IMG/VR virus record: IMGVR_UViG_3300014208_000024 | Location: 192,001 to 256,000 of that record | Length of the DNA: 64,000 bases | Source of the DNA: a virus | Lineage: Duplodnaviria > Caudoviricetes | Reading direction: 5' to 3' (one strand) | Shown: positions 18,672 through 27,311 of the stretch, in pieces | How positions within the stretch are numbered: position 1 is the stretch's first letter | Layout of the letters: every line of letters starts with the position of its first letter | Made by a program: the position numbers and the translations under genes | Notes under the pieces: generated by a model | What the model was told of the DNA's origin: nothing | Seen by the model: the letters and a program-made list of their open reading frames with translations, nothing else | Databases searched by the model: none

Positions 18672-19668
18672 AAAGAATAAAAAACAAAGTTTTGATAAAC
18701 AAAATGAAAATGGAGTTTTGTTTTCTTTAAGTGAAGAGTGTGATGGAAGGTTAAAAATTGAAGACACTCTAAGCCCAGAGGATTCAGCTTTATTAAATGA
18801 AGAAATTGAAGATGAACTTTCTGAAGTAATCACTGAAGTCAAAGAATTAGCTCTTGATGAAAAAAGTATTAAAACCTATTGGACAGATGATACTGAAACT
18901 GGAATTATTGATTTTCTTTATTTAAACGAGTTCTTTTACGAAAATAGAATAAAAGAAGAACACGAAGAAGCAGAAAAAGAAAAAAGAGTTGTAAATAAAT
19001 TTTATTGCAATGAAATGCAAAGAAGAAAAGATGAAGTTTTACAAATTGTAGATCGTGCAGAACAAAGAGAGAAAATTTTTAGAAATAAAATAGAAACTCC
19101 GCTAAAAAAGCTGGTAGAGAATATTCTTTTTAACTACAGACTTTTTCTTCCAGACACAGACGCAAGAACACAACAAAAGGACTGTTTCACTTTTTTATAT
19201 CTTAAATTTTCAAATTTTAATCCATGGAGAAAAACAAAATCATTTTCTTATTTTGGAACCATAGCAAAACATTATTTTCTTGGAAACAAAAAAGAATATT
19301 CAAAAAGTGTAAAAATTCTTTATGATTATGATTCTAATAAAGAAGAAGCCGACAATAAAAAAATAGAAGATCCAAAACCATATGTAAAAGAAGATGTATC
19401 GTTAGACCTATTTAATTTTATTATTAATTCAATAGAAACAGAGTTAAATAAAAGTTCGTTGTCAAAAAATGATCAAAAAGTTGGTGATGCTATTATACAA
19501 ATATTTAAAAATCATGAAATATTAGGAGTTTACAATAAAAATCAAGTTTATCAACTGATCAAAGAAAATACTGGACTAGAAACAAAAGATATAACTTATT
19601 CCTTGCATAGATTTAGAATAGTCTATAAAGTTTTAAAACAAGATTTTGTGCAAAAAAGAGAAGATTGA
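18652..19668 (+). CDS. Phage sigma-factor-like protein (late-transcription sigma, gp55-like region 2)
   Basis: PLKKLVENILFNY, FNPWRKTKSFSYFGTIAKHYFL (compare gp55-type ..AFsYFt.Ia.n.f) and a C-terminal HTH-like NKNQVYQLIKENTGLETKDITYSL. The track start 18628 is also possible. Confidence 0.55.
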   Translation: MKKKNSKKNKKQSFDKQNENGVLFSLSEECDGRLKIEDTLSPEDSALLNEEIEDELSEVITEVKELALDEKSIKTYWTDDTETGIIDFLYLNEFFYENRIKEEHEEAEKEKRVVNKFYCNEMQRRKDEVLQIVDRAEQREKIFRNKIETPLKKLVENILFNYRLFLPDTDARTQQKDCFTFLYLKFSNFNPWRKTKSFSYFGTIAKHYFLGNKKEYSKSVKILYDYDSNKEEADNKKIEDPKPYVKEDVSLDLFNFIINSIETELNKSSLSKNDQKVGDAIIQIFKNHEILGVYNKNQVYQLIKENTGLETKDITYSLHRFRIVYKVLKQDFVQKRED

Positions 19669-19684
19669 TTTTTTTTTAGCCACA

Positions 19685-19692
19685 TATTTATA
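19685..19692 (+). promoter_or_regulatory. Putative late-promoter box TATTTATA
   Basis: 14 nt upstream of ATG 19707; the same 8-mer recurs 11-17 nt before several structural genes. Confidence 0.5.
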
Positions 19693-19706
19693 AAAAAATA
19701 ATAGTT

Positions 19707-20081
19707 ATGGCTGAAAAATTAGAAATTTCAAAAGATGGGTATCTAAATTTAATAGAGAAAGTTTTCAAAAACAAACTTGAAGAAAGAGAACTTGCTTTAG
19801 ATAGATACAGAAAAGCTGATGACCAAATGGAAACCGCAGAGCAGTTTGTGTTAATGGGAAAAAATGCTGTTGCATTTTTAAATTTAGCTTCAGTTTCAAC
19901 AAATGACTTAGCAACTCTAGCTAAGGAAATTAAAAGTATTGTTTATAAAGATGAAATAACTGGAGATATAAATGTTAATCTTCCAGATAGTTGGAAAGAC
20001 GCTATTTCTGACAGAATTGAGGAAGTGGAAAAAACAAGAAACAAAAGAGTTATTACAGAAACAGATAACGAAGAAAAATAA
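19707..20081 (+). CDS. Hypothetical protein (coiled-coil)
   Basis: 124-aa ORF, TAATG-coupled to the next gene. Confidence 0.6.
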   Translation: MAEKLEISKDGYLNLIEKVFKNKLEERELALDRYRKADDQMETAEQFVLMGKNAVAFLNLASVSTNDLATLAKEIKSIVYKDEITGDINVNLPDSWKDAISDRIEEVEKTRNKRVITETDNEEK

Positions 20082-21520
20082 TGGCATACACAGTACCATT
20101 AGATCAACCATTAAGTGAAAGCCAAGCAAAGTTGATTTCCCAAATGGGAACAATGAAAAACTTAGCAGACATACCTTTTTTGAAAAAATTTAAAATCAAA
20201 AAAGAAGATGGGGTATCTATGTTTGATTATATGATAAAAGTATTGAGATCGATGGGTATTGATCCACAGTTAATATTAACTGCATTTCTTAATGAATTAT
20301 TTAGAACAGAAAAGCTCATATCGTTAATATTACAAGGAATGGCCCAATTGTGTACAGCAATGAAAATTAAGTTAGATTCAAATAATACGACATTTATTAT
20401 GCCGCCTGGAAGTTTAACTTCAGATCAAAAAAAAGAATTGTCAAAAATAAACTATAATTGGTTAAACTCTGGAATTATAAAAAGCTCTTTGTCTATAGTA
20501 GTTGAAGCTCTTAAAACAAGAATTTTACAAGAACTTATGGTTTTGATTTTTGGAAAACCAAAAAAAGCCAACACTGGGGAAAATGAACTAGTAAATAGCG
20601 ATGAAAGAATGAGTGATCTTATTGATGAAGCTACTTGTGGAGGAGATCAAATTTTTAGTTTATCAAGTCCAGCAAACATAAACTATGGAGAAGTGGAATA
20701 TAATAAATTAAAAAAACTAGAACAGATACAAAACGGAAATCTTTCATTTCAAATTACTTGCCAAGGTGTAAACATTAGTATACCAGACGATCCAATGTAT
20801 TTATTTAAAACAGCTCCACCAGGATTGCCTGGAGGAGAAACTGTAACTCCACAAGAAGCTATGTCTAATGTCTTTAGTTTTACTCAAAATCAAATTCAGA
20901 AAAAAACATCTGGAGACAGCAGTTTGTCAAATGCAAAAACAGGATCGAAAAGTTTTATTCAAAAATTTTTAGAGACACTAATTTCATCTATAACTTGTTT
21001 ATTAAAACCATTTTTCGTGGGAGTTATTGGTACAGTTCCTGGAGAAGCTAATGGTGTTGCTGGAGATGCATATGTAATGTTGATGAATGGATTGATGGGG
21101 TATTTAGTCGGTATGCCAAATTCCCCAGTTCCACCAACATTTAAAACTGATTGTTACCCAGCATCAAGTTGTGAAATTACAAAAGGTGGATATGATAAAA
21201 ACAATCTAACGGAAGTGCAAAAAAAGAAAGTTTCTTTAATGATTATATTATGTAACTTAATATTGAATATGGCGATAGGTTTTATTTTGGCATATGTTAT
21301 TGAAAAAGTTAAAAAATTAATTAAAAAATATATAGCTAAAAGAGCCCAGGAAAAAATGAAAAGAAAGACAGAAAAAATGAAAGCTAATTATGATATAAAA
21401 TATGGTGGTGCACAAAGAAAAAAAGCACAAAAATCAGCAACACAAGTGGCGCTTTTAAAAGTTGTGCAACCAGCTTTGCAACCATCAGAAAACACAATTG
21501 AATTACCGTTTAACGTTTAA
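20081..21520 (+). CDS. Hypothetical protein, probably virion/baseplate-associated
   Basis: 479-aa ORF in the baseplate operon; no catalytic motif seen. Confidence 0.55.
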   Translation: MAYTVPLDQPLSESQAKLISQMGTMKNLADIPFLKKFKIKKEDGVSMFDYMIKVLRSMGIDPQLILTAFLNELFRTEKLISLILQGMAQLCTAMKIKLDSNNTTFIMPPGSLTSDQKKELSKINYNWLNSGIIKSSLSIVVEALKTRILQELMVLIFGKPKKANTGENELVNSDERMSDLIDEATCGGDQIFSLSSPANINYGEVEYNKLKKLEQIQNGNLSFQITCQGVNISIPDDPMYLFKTAPPGLPGGETVTPQEAMSNVFSFTQNQIQKKTSGDSSLSNAKTGSKSFIQKFLETLISSITCLLKPFFVGVIGTVPGEANGVAGDAYVMLMNGLMGYLVGMPNSPVPPTFKTDCYPASSCEITKGGYDKNNLTEVQKKKVSLMIILCNLILNMAIGFILAYVIEKVKKLIKKYIAKRAQEKMKRKTEKMKANYDIKYGGAQRKKAQKSATQVALLKVVQPALQPSENTIELPFNV

Positions 21521-21528
21521 TTTTTATT

Positions 21529-21951
21529 ATGGCACTCCCATTTATAGATATAGACCCAAGTTTAAACATAGCAGATGAAGTATCAGAATTGCTCTTGACT
21601 TTTATTAGCGATTCCTTTGAATTCAATAGAAATTTAACTGTTTATGAAATTTTAGCACAAAAAACAAGATCAGGATTAAATTCTGAAGTTATATCAAATG
21701 CTATTATATCTAGATTTGATTCCATTGGAATACCACGTGGCCCACTTGTAAATGGAGCTCCGAATGTTATGGAATTATTAGTTGTTGCCATATGTGAAGA
21801 GTTGGTAGATTCAATACAAAATGATATGAGAGTTGATATTGGTATTTTTCCAGGAGGAACTGTAAATGCTAATGGAGCAAATGCAGGAGGGCCTGTTGCA
21901 TCTATTGGAACAACTATTAATGCCCAAGAGGGAATTGGAGTTGCAAATTAA
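21529..21951 (+). CDS. Hypothetical protein (Gly-rich C-terminus)
   Basis: 140-aa ORF upstream of the gp5-like gene. Confidence 0.55.
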   Translation: MALPFIDIDPSLNIADEVSELLLTFISDSFEFNRNLTVYEILAQKTRSGLNSEVISNAIISRFDSIGIPRGPLVNGAPNVMELLVVAICEELVDSIQNDMRVDIGIFPGGTVNANGANAGGPVASIGTTINAQEGIGVAN

Positions 21952-21952
21952 T

Positions 21953-22114
21953 ATGGAAGAAAATAAAAAAAATAAAAAAGATTTACTTGAGTATGCTCAA
22001 AAAATGGCAGAAAAACATGCTGAATTAAAATCAATAGTCATAAGCATGCTTGATGAAATGGATAAAATTGAATTGGAATATTTAAAAACTATTGAAGAAA
22101 TTAAAAAAAATTAA
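21953..22114 (+). CDS. Small coiled-coil hypothetical protein (53 aa)
   Basis: ATG at 21953 (MEENKKNKKDLLEYAQ...) lies 1 nt after the previous stop; the track's TTG start at 21866 is probably an over-extension. Confidence 0.55.
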   Translation: MEENKKNKKDLLEYAQKMAEKHAELKSIVISMLDEMDKIELEYLKTIEEIKKN

Positions 22115-22117
22115 CAA

Positions 22118-23446
22118 ATGGGCGGAGCAAGTGGTTTAGATATTTTATCGCAAAGCGGTTTACAACAATCTGGAATAGGAGATTACAGTGGTTCTTTAGC
22201 AAATAATAGAACTGTTTGGCCTGCTATTGTTGTTCCATTTGGAACCAATGATAATTCTGAACAGAACAGAATAAGAGTTAGAATAGTAAAACTAGATGAA
22301 AATGGAAATATTGTAGGAAAGATGTCAAGTAATGATGAAAATTATAATAATTACGCAGGAAAAGATCAAAATATACCAGACAACAAATTAGTTATATGTG
22401 TACCTCTTCTTCCAGAATTTTTTCACGTAAGGCCACAAGTGGGAGAAATGGTTTTTGTTATAATGGAAAATTCCAAAGAAAATTCAGGAACAAGATATTG
22501 GATAGGTCCAATTATTACATCAAAATTAAAATTAAATGGGCAACTTTATGAAGAATCTGTAAAAATATTTAACGAAACTACATTTATATCTAATAGAAAA
22601 ATAGAAAGTTCTCAAGAATTAATGTCCATATTTCCACAAGATTCTGATGTTGCGATACAAGGAAGAAATGATGCAGATTTAATATTAAAAAACAGAGAAA
22701 CATTACTTATTGCTGGAAAATTGAACAGAGAAAACTTTATTATAAATACAGAAACCCCATCGTATTTAAGATTAAAACAAGTTGATCAAATAAATAAAAC
22801 AGAAATAAAAGAAAGTCCAAAAAAAATAACACATAACATTAATACGTTTTTAGAAATAGACACAAATGGAAGATTTGTGGGGACAATAGTTATAACAGAA
22901 TTAAAAACAAACTTTCAATTAAAAAACGATAAAAACTCTTATTCAGTAAGAAAAATGACAATTGATTGGTTAGATTCAGAAATTAAAGCAGCAAAAGAAA
23001 AATATAAAACATGGAGCTTTACAACAACCATTCAAGAATATAAAAACTTACCAGCTAATTATAACATAAAAGCAACTCCAACTGCTACAACACCTCCTTC
23101 TACGACAAACAATCAAGATTTGCTAACAAAATTTTCTCAAGCAACTTTAGTGTCAACAAGCATCAACATGTATTCTCCAAGAGGAAAATTTAGGGGAAAT
23201 GATTTAAAACCTTTTGAAAAAAACAAAGATTTAAAATCTTTTGGCGATTTTTCAGATTCACTTCATCCATCTATTTTTGGAGATGAGGCAGTTAGATTGT
23301 TTGACCTAATAATTAGGCTGTTGTTAACGCACTCACATCACCCACAAAAACCTTTGTTGCAAACTTCAATATCCGATGAGTTAAAAAAATACACAGTAGA
23401 TGGTTGGTTACAAAATCTTTTATCTAATCACGTAAGGATTAATTAA
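22118..23446 (+). CDS. Baseplate hub/central spike protein (gp5/VgrG-like N-terminal OB fold)
   Basis: WPAIVV...NRIRVRI...CVPLLPEFFHVRPQVGEMVFVIM...RYWIGP, then DVAIQGRNDADLIL; C-terminal LLTHSH. Located just upstream of the gp25/gp6-like genes. Confidence 0.6.
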   Translation: MGGASGLDILSQSGLQQSGIGDYSGSLANNRTVWPAIVVPFGTNDNSEQNRIRVRIVKLDENGNIVGKMSSNDENYNNYAGKDQNIPDNKLVICVPLLPEFFHVRPQVGEMVFVIMENSKENSGTRYWIGPIITSKLKLNGQLYEESVKIFNETTFISNRKIESSQELMSIFPQDSDVAIQGRNDADLILKNRETLLIAGKLNRENFIINTETPSYLRLKQVDQINKTEIKESPKKITHNINTFLEIDTNGRFVGTIVITELKTNFQLKNDKNSYSVRKMTIDWLDSEIKAAKEKYKTWSFTTTIQEYKNLPANYNIKATPTATTPPSTTNNQDLLTKFSQATLVSTSINMYSPRGKFRGNDLKPFEKNKDLKSFGDFSDSLHPSIFGDEAVRLFDLIIRLLLTHSHHPQKPLLQTSISDELKKYTVDGWLQNLLSNHVRIN

Positions 23447-24858
23447 AAAGGTTTTACCACACGCAAATCTATTCTTTCTGGCATTACTCTTTGGGTTCCA
23501 GCTTCGCTTATTTTAAAGCTTATTTGATAGGTTTGGTTATGTAGTAACCAGGAAGCATCTAAATCAAAATAATTGGTTTTACAGTCATCTAATACAGCTT
23601 GGTTGACCTCTGTCCATGGAACAACTTCTTCTTGATTGTTCATAATTATTCTGTATTGTAAAGAATAAGACGTAGACGGTTTACTTGTGCTAAAATTAAC
23701 TCTTAAGTCACAATATATTCTTAATTTTTCATCTTGATGAACAATCATTCCTTGTTCTACCCCATATGTTTCTATTACATAATCATTAATTGAAGGTTTG
23801 GTAGCTGTAAAATAATTCTTTTGTATTTGAAAAGATTGTTCTATATTTTGATTATCATAAATACTAAAGCTTACATTTTTCCAGGTGTCAGTATATTTTT
23901 CTCCAGCTGTTGCTCCAGACATCCAAACATTAATGTAATATATTCCAGTAGAAAGTTGGTTTGGAATCAAATCAGAATAAATAACTGTATTCCCCTTTTT
24001 TATATCAACTGTTACAGCTGTTAAATTAACATTTGCAAAGTTATGCCCACTAAAAGCATAAAAAAATAGATTTGATGGCCTATTGTTTGAAACTTGCTTT
24101 CTATCGTCTTGAATTACTTGATTATAATTAACCTCCAAAAATGGTTTAAATGCTGAATTTGTTTTTTCTGTAAAAAACGAACAAATATATCTTGTGTCAG
24201 TACTTAATATTTCATAATCTCTTCTAAATGCGATTCCTAGACCGTAGTTTTGGGAACCGCCACTCAACCAATTTTTAACTATATCTGTTATGTCTACATC
24301 TATATCTTCGTTTCCTATGTCAAAATGTTGTGTAGTATAAAACGCTGTGGATGCAGTTGGGTTTTCATATACCCCTGGTTCATTCCAACTTACAGTAGAA
24401 GTTGCACTATTCCAATTAGAAACACCAGAAACTTGATAATTTCCAAACTGTCTTGCTACGTAAATTTCTTTTGTTAAATCATATCCTCTTCCTTCTTCCC
24501 AATATTTATTTATTGGGAAAAAAATTAAATCAAAAGAAGTTGCCACTTTTTTGAATAATACATCATATTCATATTCATCTTCAAGAGCCAAATCGCTTGG
24601 CTTTGAATTTTTTAGCTTTAATTTATATGAAGACACTAAAGATTCATTAATTTCTTTACTACTAAATTTTTGTTGTAAATCAGATAAATCAAAATTAAGT
24701 AAAAATCTGCTAATTGAATTTCTTTTACTTGGAGCAGTGTCAGTTCCTCCGCCACCATACCATAGGTCTGTTACAGAATTTTGTCCTGAATTTATACTGC
24801 TATATACTCCAGAAGCAATCGTATTGCTTTTTGATGGGTAGATTCTAAAAATTGACAT
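23443..24858 (-). CDS. Structural protein with DNRLRE-like beta-sandwich domain
   Basis: SRFLLNFDLSDL, W.EG.GYD, SNWNSAT..VSW..PG, DVDITDIVKNWLSG..NYGLGI and F.TE.TN.AFKPFLEV pattern. Confidence 0.5.
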   Translation of the reverse strand: MSIFRIYPSKSNTIASGVYSSINSGQNSVTDLWYGGGGTDTAPSKRNSISRFLLNFDLSDLQQKFSSKEINESLVSSYKLKLKNSKPSDLALEDEYEYDVLFKKVATSFDLIFFPINKYWEEGRGYDLTKEIYVARQFGNYQVSGVSNWNSATSTVSWNEPGVYENPTASTAFYTTQHFDIGNEDIDVDITDIVKNWLSGGSQNYGLGIAFRRDYEILSTDTRYICSFFTEKTNSAFKPFLEVNYNQVIQDDRKQVSNNRPSNLFFYAFSGHNFANVNLTAVTVDIKKGNTVIYSDLIPNQLSTGIYYINVWMSGATAGEKYTDTWKNVSFSIYDNQNIEQSFQIQKNYFTATKPSINDYVIETYGVEQGMIVHQDEKLRIYCDLRVNFSTSKPSTSYSLQYRIIMNNQEEVVPWTEVNQAVLDDCKTNYFDLDASWLLHNQTYQISFKISEAGTQRVMPERIDLRVVKPF

Positions 24859-24871
24859 TTTCTTTTTTTAT

Positions 24872-24879
24872 TATAAATA
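24872..24879 (-). promoter_or_regulatory. Putative late-promoter box TATTTATA (minus strand)
   Basis: Plus-strand TATAAATA, 13 nt upstream of the minus-strand ATG at 24858. Confidence 0.5.
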
Positions 24880-24944
24880 TCTCAGTTTATTATTTTTCAC
24901 AAATGCTTAATGAAAAATATAAATGTTTATTTTTTTTTAAGCAA

Positions 24945-24952
24945 TATTTATA
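24945..24952 (+). promoter_or_regulatory. Putative late-promoter box TATTTATA
   Basis: 16 nt upstream of ATG 24969 (gp25-like gene); divergent partner of the 24872 box. Confidence 0.5.
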
Positions 24953-24968
24953 TTTAAACAAAACAATT

Positions 24969-25349
24969 ATGCAATCATTAGGAATAAAGTTTCCGTTTAC
25001 AGAAACATACAACGGAGGCGTAATCGGATATACAGAATTAGATACTGACGCTATAAGGTCTAATTTAACAGCATTTTTAACTTTAAAAAAGAGACAAAGG
25101 GTAATGAATAACAAACTTTATTCCCCGCTATATGATTACATTATGGAAATATGGGATCCGATAAGTGAATCTATTTTAACTGATGAGTTAAAAAAGAAGC
25201 TTACGGAATTTTTTCCAGAAATAAGTGTAAAAAAAATAAAATTTGAATTCGAAGAAGAATCAAATCTTTTACATTTATCTCTTTATTATATCATTAATGA
25301 TTTAAAAATAGAAGACTCTGTTTCTGTAAGCATATATGTTCAATCTTAA
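24969..25349 (+). CDS. Baseplate wedge protein, gp25/GPW-like
   Basis: GIKFPF...DAIRSNL..FLTLKKRQRVMN..LYSPLYDYIME...LKKKLTEFFPEISV pattern. ATG at 24969 is preferred over the track start at 24852. Confidence 0.8.
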   Translation: MQSLGIKFPFTETYNGGVIGYTELDTDAIRSNLTAFLTLKKRQRVMNNKLYSPLYDYIMEIWDPISESILTDELKKKLTEFFPEISVKKIKFEFEEESNLLHLSLYYIINDLKIEDSVSVSIYVQS

Positions 25350-25360
25350 AAAATTAAAAA

Positions 25361-27262
25361 ATGGCAAATCTAAATTTAAACGCACAATTTACTCAGTCAA
25401 TAGTTGGAATTAAACAAGTTAACTATCTAAGTAGAGATTTTCAAACCATAAGAACAGATTTAATTAATTATTTAAAAGCTTTTTTCCCAGATCAATGGCA
25501 AGATTTCAATGTTGCTTCCCCAGGTATGGCGCTTTTGGAATTAAATTCTTATGTTGGAGATTTACTTTCTTATTCAATTGATAAGAAATATAATGAACTT
25601 TTTATAGATGGAGTAACACAAAGAAGTTCTGTGTACAGAATGGCAAAAACATTTGGATTTAAGGTTCCAGGAGTTCGTCCTGCACTTACAATTGTAGACG
25701 TAATTGTAGAAGTTCCAACTACAGCAAATGGGCCCGATTATTCATATACACCAGTTTTAAGAACAGGACTTCAAATTGGAGGAGGGGGACAAACTTTTGA
25801 AACTGTTTATGATATCGATTTTTCTAGTGACTTTAGTGAAGACGGTAAAGCAAATAGAACAATACAACCAGTATTAAACGGAAACCAAGATCTTGTAAAA
25901 TATAGAATTCTCAAAAGAGAAATGGTTAAAGCTGGAGTTTCAAAAATATTAAAAGTAGAAATTGTATCTGGAGAAGAAAAACCATTCATGCAAATTACAC
26001 TTCCAGAAACAAATGTTTTGGAAATAGTTGATGTAATGGTAGAACCTGGGGTTGGATTAAATAAAACTCCTACATATGAAGATTTTCATGACAACTCAAA
26101 AAGATTCTGGGAAGTTGATTATTTAGCAACAGACAAAATTTTTGTTGAAGATGATAATGAACCATCAGTTAATGGAGTAAAAATAGGAAAATACTTACAG
26201 GTATCAAAAAGATTTATTAAAGAATTTATGTCTGATGGAACTTGTAAATTAACTTTTGGCGGGGGATCTGAAAATTATGATTCATATGAAGAATATTTAA
26301 CAAATTTAACAAGTACAAGTTGTTGTGATATAACAACCAGCCTCAATGTATCTTCTTTACTTTTAAATCCATCATTAGGAGAAATGGTTCCTGGAAATTC
26401 AACGCTGTATATAAAATATAGAATTGGTGGAGGAATTTTAAGTAACGTGGGATCAAATGTTTTACAATCTGTTGGTAATGTAAAAGGGGTTATATTAGGA
26501 TCTGATGCATCTATAAACCAATCAGTGTTATCTTCTATTAGAGCAAATAACCCAATTCCAGCTATAGGCGGAAGAGGTCTTCCTACTGTTAGTGAAATAA
26601 AGAATTTTATAGCTTCAAATTTTGCTTCACAAGATAGATGTGTTACCCTAGAAGATTACATTTCGAGATCATATCAAATACCTGGAAAGTTTGGTGCCCC
26701 ATTTAGAATTCATGGAGAAGTGAATGATAATAAAGTTATCTTATATATACTAACTAAAGATGCAAATGGAAGATTAAACGCAACATCAACAGGGGAAGTT
26801 AAAAGAAATTTGGCAACTTATGTGATTCCATATAGAATGATTAATGATTTTATTGAAATTAATGATGGAAAATTTGTAAACATAGAAGTTCAAGCTGATT
26901 TATTTATAGATAAAACATATAATGGTAGCGAAGTAAAATTAAATTCTATATTAAAAATTAAAGACTTTTTTGATACAGATAATTGGCAAATGAATCAACA
27001 TATATATGTTTCTCAATTAACAGACATTTTGAGAGAAATTCCTGGAGTAATAAACGTTGTTGATGTTAGATTTTATAATATTGAAAATGGTGCGTATTCA
27101 TCTACTCTTTGTTCACAAGCTACTGGAGGGAGAACGGAAGATACTACAGCTGGGGTTTATAAAACTCAAATAGAATTTATAGACAATACTATATTTAGTA
27201 CCCCACTTTCTATGTTCGAAGTGCGTTTCCCTGAAAAAGACATAAAAATCAGAATTGCTTAA
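25361..27262 (+). CDS. Baseplate wedge protein, T4 gp6/baseplate-J-like
   Basis: YLSRDFQTIRTDLINYLK.FFPDQWQDFN.ASPGMALLELNSYVGDLLSY.ID; YRIGGG...N; AIGG...TVSEIK...SQDRCVTLEDY. Confidence 0.85.
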   Translation: MANLNLNAQFTQSIVGIKQVNYLSRDFQTIRTDLINYLKAFFPDQWQDFNVASPGMALLELNSYVGDLLSYSIDKKYNELFIDGVTQRSSVYRMAKTFGFKVPGVRPALTIVDVIVEVPTTANGPDYSYTPVLRTGLQIGGGGQTFETVYDIDFSSDFSEDGKANRTIQPVLNGNQDLVKYRILKREMVKAGVSKILKVEIVSGEEKPFMQITLPETNVLEIVDVMVEPGVGLNKTPTYEDFHDNSKRFWEVDYLATDKIFVEDDNEPSVNGVKIGKYLQVSKRFIKEFMSDGTCKLTFGGGSENYDSYEEYLTNLTSTSCCDITTSLNVSSLLLNPSLGEMVPGNSTLYIKYRIGGGILSNVGSNVLQSVGNVKGVILGSDASINQSVLSSIRANNPIPAIGGRGLPTVSEIKNFIASNFASQDRCVTLEDYISRSYQIPGKFGAPFRIHGEVNDNKVILYILTKDANGRLNATSTGEVKRNLATYVIPYRMINDFIEINDGKFVNIEVQADLFIDKTYNGSEVKLNSILKIKDFFDTDNWQMNQHIYVSQLTDILREIPGVINVVDVRFYNIENGAYSSTLCSQATGGRTEDTTAGVYKTQIEFIDNTIFSTPLSMFEVRFPEKDIKIRIA

Positions 27263-27311
27263 TAATCAAATAGTTACAACATAAAAACGGCAAAAAAATA
27301 TAACTATTAAC

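Noticed and set aside
24852-24968. Upstream extensions given by the ORF track (also 230, 11174, 13871, 21866, 48705, 51661, 58994, 60777)
   Set aside because: They run through promoter or poly-T/A intergenic DNA or deep into neighbouring genes. Downstream ATGs with A-rich leaders fit better.
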